Of a stretch of DNA of 64,000 bases, positions 53,500 to 64,000 are shown piece by piece. Each line of letters begins with the position of its first letter. Positions within the stretch are counted from its first letter, which is position 1. The position numbers and the translations under genes are program-made. The notes below the pieces were generated by a model. The model saw only the letters and a program-made list of their open reading frames with translations. It was not told the origin of the DNA and did not search any database. Source of the stretch: Octopus bimaculoides (taxonomy: Eukaryota); NCBI RefSeq assembly GCF_001194135.2, contig NC_068991.1, forward strand, positions 22,617,330 through 22,681,329, given 5' to 3'.

Positions 53500-53730
53500 T
53501 TCTCTACCATATGTTCTCTTTGAATGTCTGTCTGTGTGTCTGTCTCTCTGTCTGTCTGTCTCTCTATCTGTCTGTCTGTCTCTCTATCTGTCTGTTTGTC
53601 TCTCTATCTGTCTGTCTTTCTGTCTGTTTGTTTGTCCTTCTATCTCTATCTTTCTATTTGTTTGTCTCTCTATCTCTCTCTCTCTTTGTTTGTCTCTCTC
53701 TCTCTATCTATCTCTCTGTCTGTCTCCCTT
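53500..53730. repeat. Compound (TCTG/TCTA/CT)n microsatellite
   Basis: Visible directly in the sequence. Confidence 0.9.
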
Positions 53731-54449
53731 CCCAAGAGGATAATGTGCACTACAGAAATTACTAGGTGACCCATCAGAAGAAAAACCAATACTGAATGAA
53801 GGAATGAATGAAGGAATGTATGCATGATTGATGACAGAATCAATTTTTCTAAACAGTTCAACAATGTACCTTTTATTCTACTGATGCTACTATGGTAAAA
53901 AGAACCCATTAAACTAATGATGATGATGTTTATTCAACATTTTGTGTGACACTAATGGTACTGTTGTGGGCTGTCAATATTTCATAAAAAGCCATTAAGC
54001 GATTCATTTAATAAACTTCAGCCAGTGAGGTCTCCAGGTCAGTGAAATCATTATTGTAATACCAGCAGGATGCATTAACAAGCCCAACAACATTTATTTT
54101 ATTCAGGTCTGGTTCATTAAGGTGTTTGTGCAGAATACAGTTCAATACTTGTTACATTCTTGTATGTTGCAAGTGTTACAAATGCCTTAGAATAAGAGCT
54201 AAGCTCTTGGCAAACAGAATCTGCAATCAGGTTGTTGTTTCAGCCCTGGATCAATCTTGATCAATAAAGTAAACCTATGATAAAAGACATTCTATATGTA
54301 ACTGTCTCATACGTTTTTCAGGCATTGTCTACCTACCCCACACTACCCCACCAGACCAATGTCTTTCATTCAGCAGTCTCCTCTGCATAGGTTCACATTT
54401 AATAGATGTTCCTGCCATGACCATATTGTATCATATATCTTTTTTACAG

Positions 54450-54815
54450 TGGCGGCGCAATGGCCCAGTGGTTAGGGCAGCGGACTCGCAGTCATAGGAT
54501 TGCGGTTTCGATTCCCAGACCGGGCGTTGTGAGTGTTTATTGAGCGAAAACACCTAAAGCTCCACGAGGCTCTGGCAGGGGATGGTGGCGAACCCTGTTG
54601 TACTCTTCCACCACAACTTTCTCTTACTTCCTGTTTCTGTTGTGCCTGTAATTCAAAAGGTCAGCCTTGTCACGCTGAATATCCCCGAGAACTATGTTAA
54701 GGGTACACGTGTCTGTGGAGTGATCAGCCACTTGCACGTTAATTTCACGAGCAGGCTGTTCCGTTGATCGGATCAACTGGAACCCTCAACGTTGTAAGCA
54801 ACGGAGTGCCAACAA
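54450..54815 (+). mobile_element. Young tRNA-derived SINE with 13-bp TSD
   Basis: A box TGGCCCAGTGG and B box GGTTTCGATTCCC; CpGs intact. Exact direct repeat ATCTTTTTTACAG at 54437-54449 and 54816-54828. Confidence 0.93.
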
Positions 54816-55455
54816 ATCTTTTTTACAGGTATAGCATATCTAGAACCACATTATTGAATGCGTCCATTTTTTTCTAAGGCCATAGTATGTGATTAAGGGA
54901 GTTTTGGGCTGTTATTTCTAGTACATTGAGCACATTGAACAACCACATAATAGATTGCTTGATGGCTCAGTCAACCAAGTTATCATTGACTGGTTTTGTT
55001 TCTAAATGTGAAGGTAATAGTTTGAAAATAATGGTTTGATCTTGCTTTCTTTTATTTGCCTTTTTTGTGACTGGGTAGGTTGTGGACTTAACATCAGTTT
55101 ATCATAATCATGGGCAAACTGCATGCAGCTTGTAAGATTCTTTGAATGGCTTGCCAACAGAATAAAATTACCTTGGATTGTTTTAATAGTGCAACCCATC
55201 TGATGATTAGCCATATCTCATGCAGCCTGCTTCTCATAAAAGGTTGCTCATGAATTCGAATATGTTATGGAAATTTTCCTTCATTAGCCTCTTTTTTCTC
55301 ATATCACACATATCCTTAGAAACAATACTTGGATAAAATAAAATAATTGACTATCTGTTGTTTCATTATTCTATGTTAAAGGTGTACAATGTACAGAAAG
55401 TGGCTGTCTATGAATAAAAAACTATTAGGAAATATTAAATATTAAGCGTATAAAC

Positions 55456-55822
55456 GTAGGCACAGGCATGGCTGTGTGGTGAGAAACTTGCTTCCCAACC
55501 ACATGGTTCCGGGTTCAGTCCCACTGCATGGCACCTTAGGCAAATGTCTTCTACTATAACCTCACGCCAACCAAAGCCTTATGAGTGGGTTTGGTGGAGG
55601 GAAACTGAAGGAAGCCCATCTTGTGTGTGTTTGTGTTTGTCCCCCTCCTCATCACTTGACAACCAGTGGTGGTATTTTTACAGTCCTGTAACTTGGTGGT
55701 TCAGCAAAAGAGACTGATAGAATAAGTACTGGGGGTCAATATATTCAACTAAAATTTCTTTAAGGCAGTGCTCCAGCATGGCTGTAGTCAAATGACTGAA
55801 ACAAGTGAAAGATAAAAGATAG
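55456..55822 (+). mobile_element. SINE family A
   Basis: Full head-CORE-tail similarity to 18509-18934. Confidence 0.88.
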
Positions 55823-55876
55823 TATGACATCTTGAATCATTTACAATTATTAAAAAAAAGAGGGAAAGAATCTTAA

Positions 55877-56285
55877 TAGGTGCAGACATAGCTGTGTGGT
55901 TTAGAAGCTTGCTTCCCAGCCATGTGGTCTTGAGCTCAATCTCACTGCATGGCAGCTTGGGCAGGTGTCTTCTATAGTCCTGGGCCTACCAAAACATTGT
56001 GAGTGAATTTGGTAGATAGACACTGAAAGAAGCCTATCATGTGTGTGTATCTATTTGTGTCTCCTTGTCTTAACATTGTATGATCGTCGTATATTGGTTG
56101 TCACTATCGTACAAGCAGTGTCATTCATTTCCAATATTCTGCAAGAACATGGAAAAATACTACTTTGCTTGGAAACAGGTGAGGGTTGGCAACAGAAAAG
56201 GCATTCAGCTATAGAATATCTGCCTTAGTAAACGCTGTCCAACTCATGCAAGCATGGAAAAGTGGATGCTAAAATGATGATGATG
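55877..56285 (+). mobile_element. SINE with family-A head and (GAT)n-type tail
   Basis: Head as in family A, then CATGCAAGCATGGAAAAGTGGATGCTAAAATGATGATGATG. Confidence 0.8.
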
Positions 56286-56354
56286 GAGGTAAATATTTCC
56301 CTCCAACTATTCTTAAGTCAATGTTGCTAATTCTTACTTTTGTGACTTTTGCAG

Positions 56355-56406
56355 ACCATTCTTCACTGACCGAGGGAATTTAATTGAAATGGCTGATATA
56401 CCTAAG
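56355..56406 (+). CDS. PACS2: PACS exon, (R)PFFTDRGNLIEMADIPK (52 nt, phase 2-0)
   Basis: Acceptor gacttttgcAG and donor AAG|GTAAAG. Completes the split Arg codon and continues the conserved KPxLRP(F/Y)F motif. Confidence 0.92.
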
Positions 56407-56640
56407 GTAAAGGTTGTTTATTTTGTTTAACATTGTTCATTGACTTTGTCCTGTTTGGTATCATATGTTTTAATGCAAAGCCGTTTTCAAGATAAACTTA
56501 TTTCAATGCTAACCTATTTGTCTTTTAGAGATTAATGCTGTCAGAATTTATGTCTTTAATTTTACTCATCCATGGTCACCAGCCTTTATCATGTATTGTA
56601 TCATAAACTCTCATCACATACTTGGTTGGCAACATTTGGT

Positions 56641-57237
56641 ACAGATGTGTTAACCAACCCTTGCCACAGCTGTCATCACCTACCCATGCTGCAGCTGTCT
56701 CCATCAAGCTTTGCCACAGCTGTGTTCACCAACCCATGGTGCACCTGTGTTCATCAACCTATGGTGCAGTTGTGTTCACCAACCCATGGTGCAGGTCTGT
56801 TCACCACCTCATGGTACAATTGTGTTTGCCATTCCTTGGTGCAGTTGTGTTCATCAATTCTTAGCACAGCTTTGTTCACCAACCCTTGTCACAGCTGTGT
56901 TCATTAACCCTCATCACAGCTGTGTTCATTAGCCCTCGCCTCAGTTGTATTCACCAACCCTTGACACAGCTGTGTTCAGCTTTTGCCTCATCTATGTTCA
57001 TCAATTCTTGGCCCGGCTGTGTTCACCTACCCTTAGCACAGCTGTTCACCAATGCTTCACACATCAGTGATCATCAGTCCATGTAACAAGTGTGTTCACC
57101 AACCCATAACACAGCTGTGGTCACCAACTAACAGGTCAGTTGTGATTACCAATCCTTGATACAGCTATGATTATCAAACCATGACACAGCTAAAGATACT
57201 AATCTTTGGTACAACTGTTTTCACCAAACTTTGAAAC
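56641..57237. repeat. Degenerate 25-bp minisatellite (~24 units)
   Basis: Consensus ~CACAGCTGTGTTCACCAACCCTTGG; CANNTG recurs at 25-bp spacing (56667, 56692, 56717, 56742, 56767...). Confidence 0.92.
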
Positions 57238-58225
57238 GGCTGAGAAGTTAACAGTTCATTTACTGACATTGGCACTGCATTATGTCTATTCAAGGCACTT
57301 GGCTCAAGTCCACCTAAATACATACCAGAGCAGCAGCTGCAACACTAGGAATTGATGAGATGTGTTGGCATGCAATTAAGAAAAGCTACTTGTGGTAGAC
57401 CAACATCACATCCAGTGGCAGTTTTATCCCGTATCCAATTAACATTAATTGAAAATGGTATGGTTAGCTTAGATGTATGTTTCTTACTATATATGTTTCT
57501 CTTCGCCAGCATCATCCTCATCCTTTCACCATCATTATCATCATCGTCATATCACTGCTTCACTGTAGTATATCTGAACTATTGTCTCATCAGTTTTCTA
57601 CATTCTTCTTTTCTACTTGCCTACACCCAATCAGGTGAGCAATTTTGTTTTACAAAAACCTTCTCTGATCAGTAAAACCAACCAACCAACCAACCAACCA
57701 TCCAATCAACCAAATACCTGCATGCCACCTTGGTGTTTGGTATATATTCGCTGGATGAATGCAGTTGCCATTAATGTCATTGTAATTGTTTGCAGTTGTA
57801 TCTGTTGCAGTGATGCTGTGTTGTACCATTTAGTGATGAGTTGAAGATTTTGCTAAATGACAGAAAAGTCTTTTGCTACACTCCCAACAACACATTTTCC
57901 TCATTTACAAATAGTAGTCGCTTTTGCCTTTACTCCTATCCCTCAATCCTTACAGGGTTTCTGATACCCACCCACCATTGCTTTTGTCTTAACTGAGGTA
58001 GAATAAAAAATATATAGTCGCCCAGCTATCATTCAAAACCTGACATGAACAGTGGCTCTGAGATTACCTAAATTAAAAAGGTGAGTTTAAGACTCTGCTT
58101 AGAAAAATAGCTAAACACAGAAAATATATATATATTCATGATAGAGAAAATTTTCACAAAACCCTCAATGCACAAATTAAAAGTTAATTTTTTTATATAT
58201 TTAATTTTCTCTTTCTTTTGTCTAG

Positions 58226-58231
58226 ACACAG
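58226..58231 (+). CDS. PACS2: Probable 6-nt PACS microexon ACACAG (Thr-Gln), phase 0-0
   Basis: Context ttttctctttcttttgtctAG-ACACAG-GTATGA: long polypyrimidine tract, strong donor, frame-neutral between two phase-0 junctions. Confidence 0.6.
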
Positions 58232-61200
58232 GTATGAGATATTTTTTTATGAAGGTACCATGATTAGCTTCACTTGTAATACATATGTTATGCATCTTGT
58301 GTACACAATCAAAAAGGGGCAATCAAAACTGGTAGGATTCGATTTCAAACTGGTTCTGCTGCACACTATGTACTTCATACAAGTAATTTCTGTATATGTT
58401 CAGTTCAGTATCTCCATATCCCCATTTGACTGCACACTTCACTGTTAGTGCCCTTTGTCCTTTAGTATCTCTTCAGAATGAGATGCACAACAGGAGATAA
58501 CATCATAAGAAATCTTTGAAGTAACAAACCCAACATGGCCTCATATTAGGAATGAATGACTTCATTCATTATACCTCCATCAAATAATACCAATTGCCAC
58601 CTGGGGAGAAGGGTAATTACCAAATTCAAGAATTATTGGTTTGCACTGTTTCCATGGCCCTTGATAAAGCTTCTTACAGAATGTATATTGTAAAAATTTG
58701 TCCTCCAGTTTCAGATGAATGGGTAGTGTTACTACTTTAAAATTCCCTCAAATCCTACATAGTTAGGCAAATTTCCTCTAATCTTTTTGTTTTTTCTTTT
58801 TGTAACTCAGTCTATTATTTTGTTAAGTCAGTGCTTTGATAATTGTATTGATATCAATAAAGATATCCCAGGGCTGTGACTGCAACCAGTTTGCCTGTGC
58901 TATATCAAGAACTGGTCCTGCTCAACATATATAAAATGTATTTTTATCTGTAATTTCTGTATGAAAAAAAGTGTATGTGTGGCATGGTTCTTGACATAGT
59001 ATTGTTACAGTCATTTTCTCTTCACTAAGCTTTGCTTTGGGACTGTATGCTATATGATGAGTTGTTTGTTATACACTCTAGTGTAGCAAATAGTCATTTG
59101 CTCATCCATTTGATCAGTAGTATCTTTCAAGAGACAACAATCTCAAATCAGCTTCAGAGAAAAAAAAATTAGAAGTTGTGAAGTTCATGTCCTTCATAAG
59201 TGTATTATTGGAATAGACAAAACAGTTCAGAGTTTGCTGAAAGCTTACCACCAGTACTACCTTTTGCTATCTTTATAACTGTTGTGTATTGACGTAGTCA
59301 AAATATCGATTTATTCTGAGAGATGTGTATCATGGTTATAACAAGACTTGTGTGTGTGTGTGTGTGTGTGTTTATGTAGAAGGGTTGTGATTTATTGCAT
59401 TGATACCCTTTATGTTACTGGTATTTATTACATCGAACCCTGTTGGAGTTGGAACTCAACAGTGTAGGAAATTTGCATCTAGCCTAGCACTCTACTGCTT
59501 TATAACCTACCATTCTCTATTAGTATATATGCAGGGGAGACAACTATTTCGGAGTGGCTATAAAAGTAGAAGGTTGTTGATAATCCAGCATTTATGATCC
59601 AAAATTTTCTTTGACCAACCCAACTTTCATTCGGACACAACATCCTCCATTCGTTAGGGTTGACCATGTGTCTGTGCCTGGAAAGTTCCCCCTCCCCTCA
59701 AGATGTAGACTTTGGTGACATTTCTTGATTGAAAAACCAGTAGCTATCCATATAGCAAATCTCTCACCATTCCACTGAGGTTGTTCAAAAAAAGTAATGG
59801 CTGATAGAGTTTGGTAACATAGTCATTGTTGGTAAACTCAGAATGTAAAGAGCCACAAGACATTTAGTCCAACACACCAACAATTCTGTTAAATCCACTG
59901 TCTTCACTGTGTGTCTAATCTCATGTCATTCGTTTTTTAAGGTAGTAGGGTGTGATTTGATTAAGATTTGGTGGCTGTTTCCCATAGGTTGAGTGGTCAT
60001 GGAAAGTTCCACCCTTCAACTGTAGAAGCATGTGACAGAGGTTAAATAGAACAAGATGAGGTGACACAGGATAGGACTGAAGTATGAAGAAGTGATGTAT
60101 TGCAGAGCTTTCTTACTCCTGGCAGCATGGAAAAATTGCTGTCAGATCAATGTTAATGATGATGATGATGATAGTGATAGTGATGAGAATAAATTGTTTT
60201 GAAATTCAGTGTTATTTATAACTAAACTTTGAGTGACAGAGCCACTGGTTGACATCAGGTCAGATATGCAGCATTTGTCACTGCAGTGTGTCACTACATC
60301 CACCATTTGTCACTATCTACTTAGGTCATCCCGAGCAACCCTCAGAGTAGTGTCTAACTCCACAAAATACTTCCTCATTTGGGTTGGACACATGTGGCAT
60401 ATGGCCAACCAACACAAGCTGCCATCCCAGCTGAATCTTCAGAAAAGAGAATATGGTATGCAGGATCAAACTAATAAAATTGAGCAACATGACCAAACAA
60501 TCTAAGCAATGTCACATTGCTGAATCATAAAAATAACAGGCAGCATCCCAGTTTCTGAGTATCGTCATTGGTTGGGTACAAAATCTAACCAACAATAACC
60601 CAAGCCTCCTGGTACCAAAGGAGTTCAGGTAGCCCCTAAGAGCTCCAGACATTGTCTAAGTTTCACAGCTGAATAGGGAGAAGCAGAGACCCAAAGACTC
60701 AAACCTTTGTCCTCCTGCTCAGCTATAAGCAGCACCAAACATCCTTGTCCAATGAATGCACAACTGCACCAGCACACCCAAGTCTTTGTACTTGCAGCTA
60801 ATGCTGAGATATTCATTATTTATTTATACTTTAAGTCTCTTCTGAAAATACTGCTATTTGTGTGACATTTCATTTTCATGAAGCTTACAACTACCAGATG
60901 GCAGTTGATCCATGTCCCATGCCCACCCATACTAAAAGGTATGGGTGGGTATGAATCAGAATAATGTCTGATAATAAATGTCTTGAGTGATATCTAGTAC
61001 ACTCAGTTTTTTTTTTTTAAGTGTCTGTTTCTTTGAAGTCTTTTTATTCACTTAAAAAAAAAAACAAATTACTTACCCTTTCAAGATGTTTTAGGTGATC
61101 TTTCAACCTGCTATATTTGTTTTTTATTTTTTTTTTATTAAGTGTATGTACTTTTTTTAAAATCTATTTAGTTTTTATCAAAGAATTTTAAATAATGACA

Positions 61201-62414
61201 CCCTTATTCTTTAATTGTCTCTTTAGGAAAAACTTTTTTTTTTAGTACAGAACCTTCAGTAGGTTTTTGTCTTGAGTCAAAATGATTTACTCAATGTCTA
61301 ATGTTCTTTTGAATGTAATTTTTCTCTCTCATTGTGACTATAGAGTGCCACATGAAACACTTTAGTGTATTTAGGAGGGTTCTACAGGAGTGTGGTAAGT
61401 TCAGTTGCTGTTAGCATGAGAAGTGTATTTACTTTCCACTATTTCACTTCTCTCATTTCAAATTCCACCAGATTCAATTTCACTTTTCATTCTACCTAGG
61501 ATAAATACCAGTATTATTTTGGAATCAACTCAAGTCAAGTGACTTTTCCTTTCTCTCAAACAAAATTAGCCTTTTAACTAGTCCCATAACCTCCAACAAT
61601 TTCAGTTTGAATTCATCAGAGTCAATTCTTGTTTGGTCAAGAATTTAGTACTGGTTTGGCCATCTATATTAATGAAATACTTTTTTTTTTTAAGAAGTAG
61701 CTTTCAGGTTTTAAAATCAATGGATTCAAGATTATAGAATAGTGGAGAAATAAACCAAAGGGTTAATGGTTTGTATCTTGTGACTGGTGCTGAGCTATAT
61801 TTATGACAAAAGCCCTCAGTTGCAGTAGATATTAGATAGTTACAACTTATAAATGTAGAAACAAGCAGCAGTAAAGAAATCGATCAGTGCTTTTCATCTC
61901 TTTCAATATTCTCTTCAAGTCTTCTCATGGATATTGTTTGGAAAAGAATTCTACCAACCTCTCTTTCTCTAAATACGCTACACGAAGATGAAATTTTCAG
62001 CAGTGGTGCCCTTACAATTCATAGAGTTCTAGGCCTCATCAAAATGTTTTCTAAAGCTCATGCTGTATATGTGTGTGTGTGTGTGTGTGTATAAGCAAAT
62101 TAGTTAGTTAGAAAATCTCTATAAGAGGTGAAAGCAGTAGCCACACTGAGAAGTCATGCTTATTACCACTTAAATATGGCTGTGTGTTTCTAATGACCAA
62201 AGAGCATATAACATCATATCTGAACATATTACTCATTTAAATTTGGTGAAGAAGGAGCCAAGTTTAATNNNNNNNNNNNNNNNNNNNNNNNNNNNNNNNN
62301 NNNNNNNNNNNNNNNNNNNNNNNNNNNNNNNNNNNNNNNNNNNNNNNNNNNNNNNNNNNNNNNNNNNNNNNNNNNNNNNNNNNNNNNNNNNNNNNNNNNN
62401 NNNNNNTCTGCACC

Positions 62415-62650
62415 ATTTGACTAACTACACCCCTCTTTCTGCTGGAGGACTAACCATTCTCCCTCTCTCTCTCTCTCTCTCTCTGCCAGAGGACTAACTA
62501 TCCCATCTTGCTTTCTACCAGAGGACTAACCACATCCCTTCTCTTTACCAACTTAACTACTCTCTTCCCTCTCAATACTAAATAATTAACCACTCTCCCC
62601 TCCTCTTTCACATACCTGATTACTAACTCCTTCACTCCCCTTATTGGTAG
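62415..62650 (+). promoter_or_regulatory. Array of ACTAAC + polypyrimidine (+AG) units, candidate splicing-regulatory element
   Basis: ACTAAC at 62420, 62449, 62493, 62525 and 62622 (TACTAAC), each followed by a C/T tract. Sense to PACS and 120-350 nt upstream of exon 62771. Confidence 0.5.
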
Positions 62651-62770
62651 ATGGCAAACTCTCTCCCACAATGCTTAGGTGGCTAAAACTTCCTTCCAAT
62701 CAGCTCAAAAGCTGGTCTTTTCAGAAATGCCACCTTATTATCATTGTCTTTGAATTCCGTCTGTTAACAG

Positions 62771-62833
62771 GCTAGTCCCGTGAAATCTTTGAGTGAAGAC
62801 AACTACAAGAGACCCGACTCTGACACTCATGCG
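62771..62833 (+). CDS. PACS2: Probable PACS exon, ASPVKSLSEDNYKRPDSDTHA (63 nt, phase 0-0)
   Basis: Acceptor gtctttgaattccgtctgttaacAG and donor GCG|GTATGT. Open frame compatible with the upstream phase and CpG-retaining. It lies in the poorly conserved linker, so support is splice-signal based. Confidence 0.75.
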
Positions 62834-63438
62834 GTATGTGACTCCCTAATGCCTAGAAACTCTTTCTCTCCCTCGCTCTCTCTCTCTTTCTTTCTTTCTT
62901 TCTCTGTTTCTCTTTCTCTCTCTTTATTTCATTTCTTAATTATTTAAAAATTTTTTAGAATAACAAAATTATTTTTTTCCTTCATTGTTTTGTGTTGTTT
63001 TTCTTAATTTATTAATTTATTTCCTTAGCAGTGTTTCTCAAGTACATCAATTGTGTCATTGGGAACTTATAAACGGACATACAATTTGAACAGAAAACAT
63101 TGAGTTTTCTTTTTTTTAGTGTTTTTCAAAACTTACAAGATAAGATTATAACTTTTTGGACTATTAAGGCTATATTTTAGCAATGAAGATCGTTTTCATT
63201 TTTCTTTTACATTCCATTCTAGCAATGTATATTCCTTTAAAAGAGATTAGGTTTAATAAACTGAAAAACTATAATCCTATTAATTCATGTTAGGCATTTA
63301 ATTAATTATTGATTGTAATGTTTTTGTTTGTATATTTCTTTTTTGTGTCTTCATATAAAAAGAAACATGGTTATAGGTGTCTCATTAATTATTTGTCCTT
63401 TTCTTTCTGAATTTCTAAGTCTCCAGCCTATATGTATA

Positions 63439-63503
<65 letters not shown>

Positions 63504-64000
63504 ATATCTGTGTGTATATATATGTGTGTGTATATATATGTATGTATATATATATCTGTGTGTGTGTGTGTATATATATGTGTGTGTGGATATGTATATA
63601 TATTTTCACGAAACAATCGTAAGATAATTTTAGATTACCAACATACACATATTTGCACTCACACATACATATTTTTATATTTAAACTTATATTCATTATT
63701 ATATTTTTACATCTATTTTTTTATATATATAATATAATTTTTTCTACATTTTTATAACTTAAGGCAAAAAGTATGTGATATAAAAAAATTATATATCATT
63801 TTGAAAGCTTCGAATATTGATTTCCTGACTCCAACATATCTACATATGTTTTTTATAAATATATATATAATAGCTCGTATTAACTGTATTAATATTTTCA
63901 AATTTATAAAAAAATTTTAATATTACTGATACCATAATATATACGAGCACTCAATATAAATTCAGCATATCATATTCCTATTGAATATTTCTAATCAATG

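Noticed and set aside
54450-54525. tRNA-like head sequences (here and in other SINEs)
   Set aside because: They are SINE 5' domains with no complete cloverleaf or acceptor stem, so not tRNA genes.
58025-58090. Strong donor AAG|GTGAGT at 58081
   Set aside because: All nearby upstream acceptors give stop codons in the PACS frame.
60625-60816. GC-richer stretch with short ORFs between the microexon and exon 62771
   Set aside because: All three plus-strand frames from the nearest acceptor stop; no PACS similarity.
5630-63737. Dozens of ORFs rich in YI/CV/HT/LS or X residues
   Set aside because: They are translations of microsatellites, low-complexity tracts or N gaps.

Overview
AT-rich, CpG-depleted eukaryotic genomic DNA with N gaps, dense microsatellites and SINE/LINE/DNA-transposon debris. 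The SINE families and (GAT)n-tailed retroposons point to an octopus (coleoid cephalopod) assembly; this is an inference. The only recognisable protein-coding gene is a PACS (phosphofurin acidic cluster sorting protein, PACS1/2 co-orthologue) on the + strand. Its middle-region exons are 50339-50398, 52538-52689, 56355-56406, a probable 6-nt microexon at 58226-58231, and 62771-62833; they join with consistent phases. No N-terminal PACS exon was found in the first 50 kb. Most ORFs in the supplied track are microsatellite or gap artefacts. The exceptions are transposon remnants: three Tc1/mariner elements, an R4/Dong-clade LINE, and RTE and CR1-like fragments. The most interesting signals concern splicing control of PACS: a frame-preserving microexon, an array of ACTAAC+polypyrimidine(+AG) units upstream of the next exon, a young SINE whose target-site duplication copies a 3' splice site (candidate poison exon), and a recursive-splice-like site. 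Other notable features are head-to-tail SINE chains linked by ATT repeats that also host a TAA-flanked LINE, a sharp CpG-retaining island at 25.7-26.5 kb, and a 25-bp E-box minisatellite. No prokaryotic-type system (CRISPR etc.) is present.
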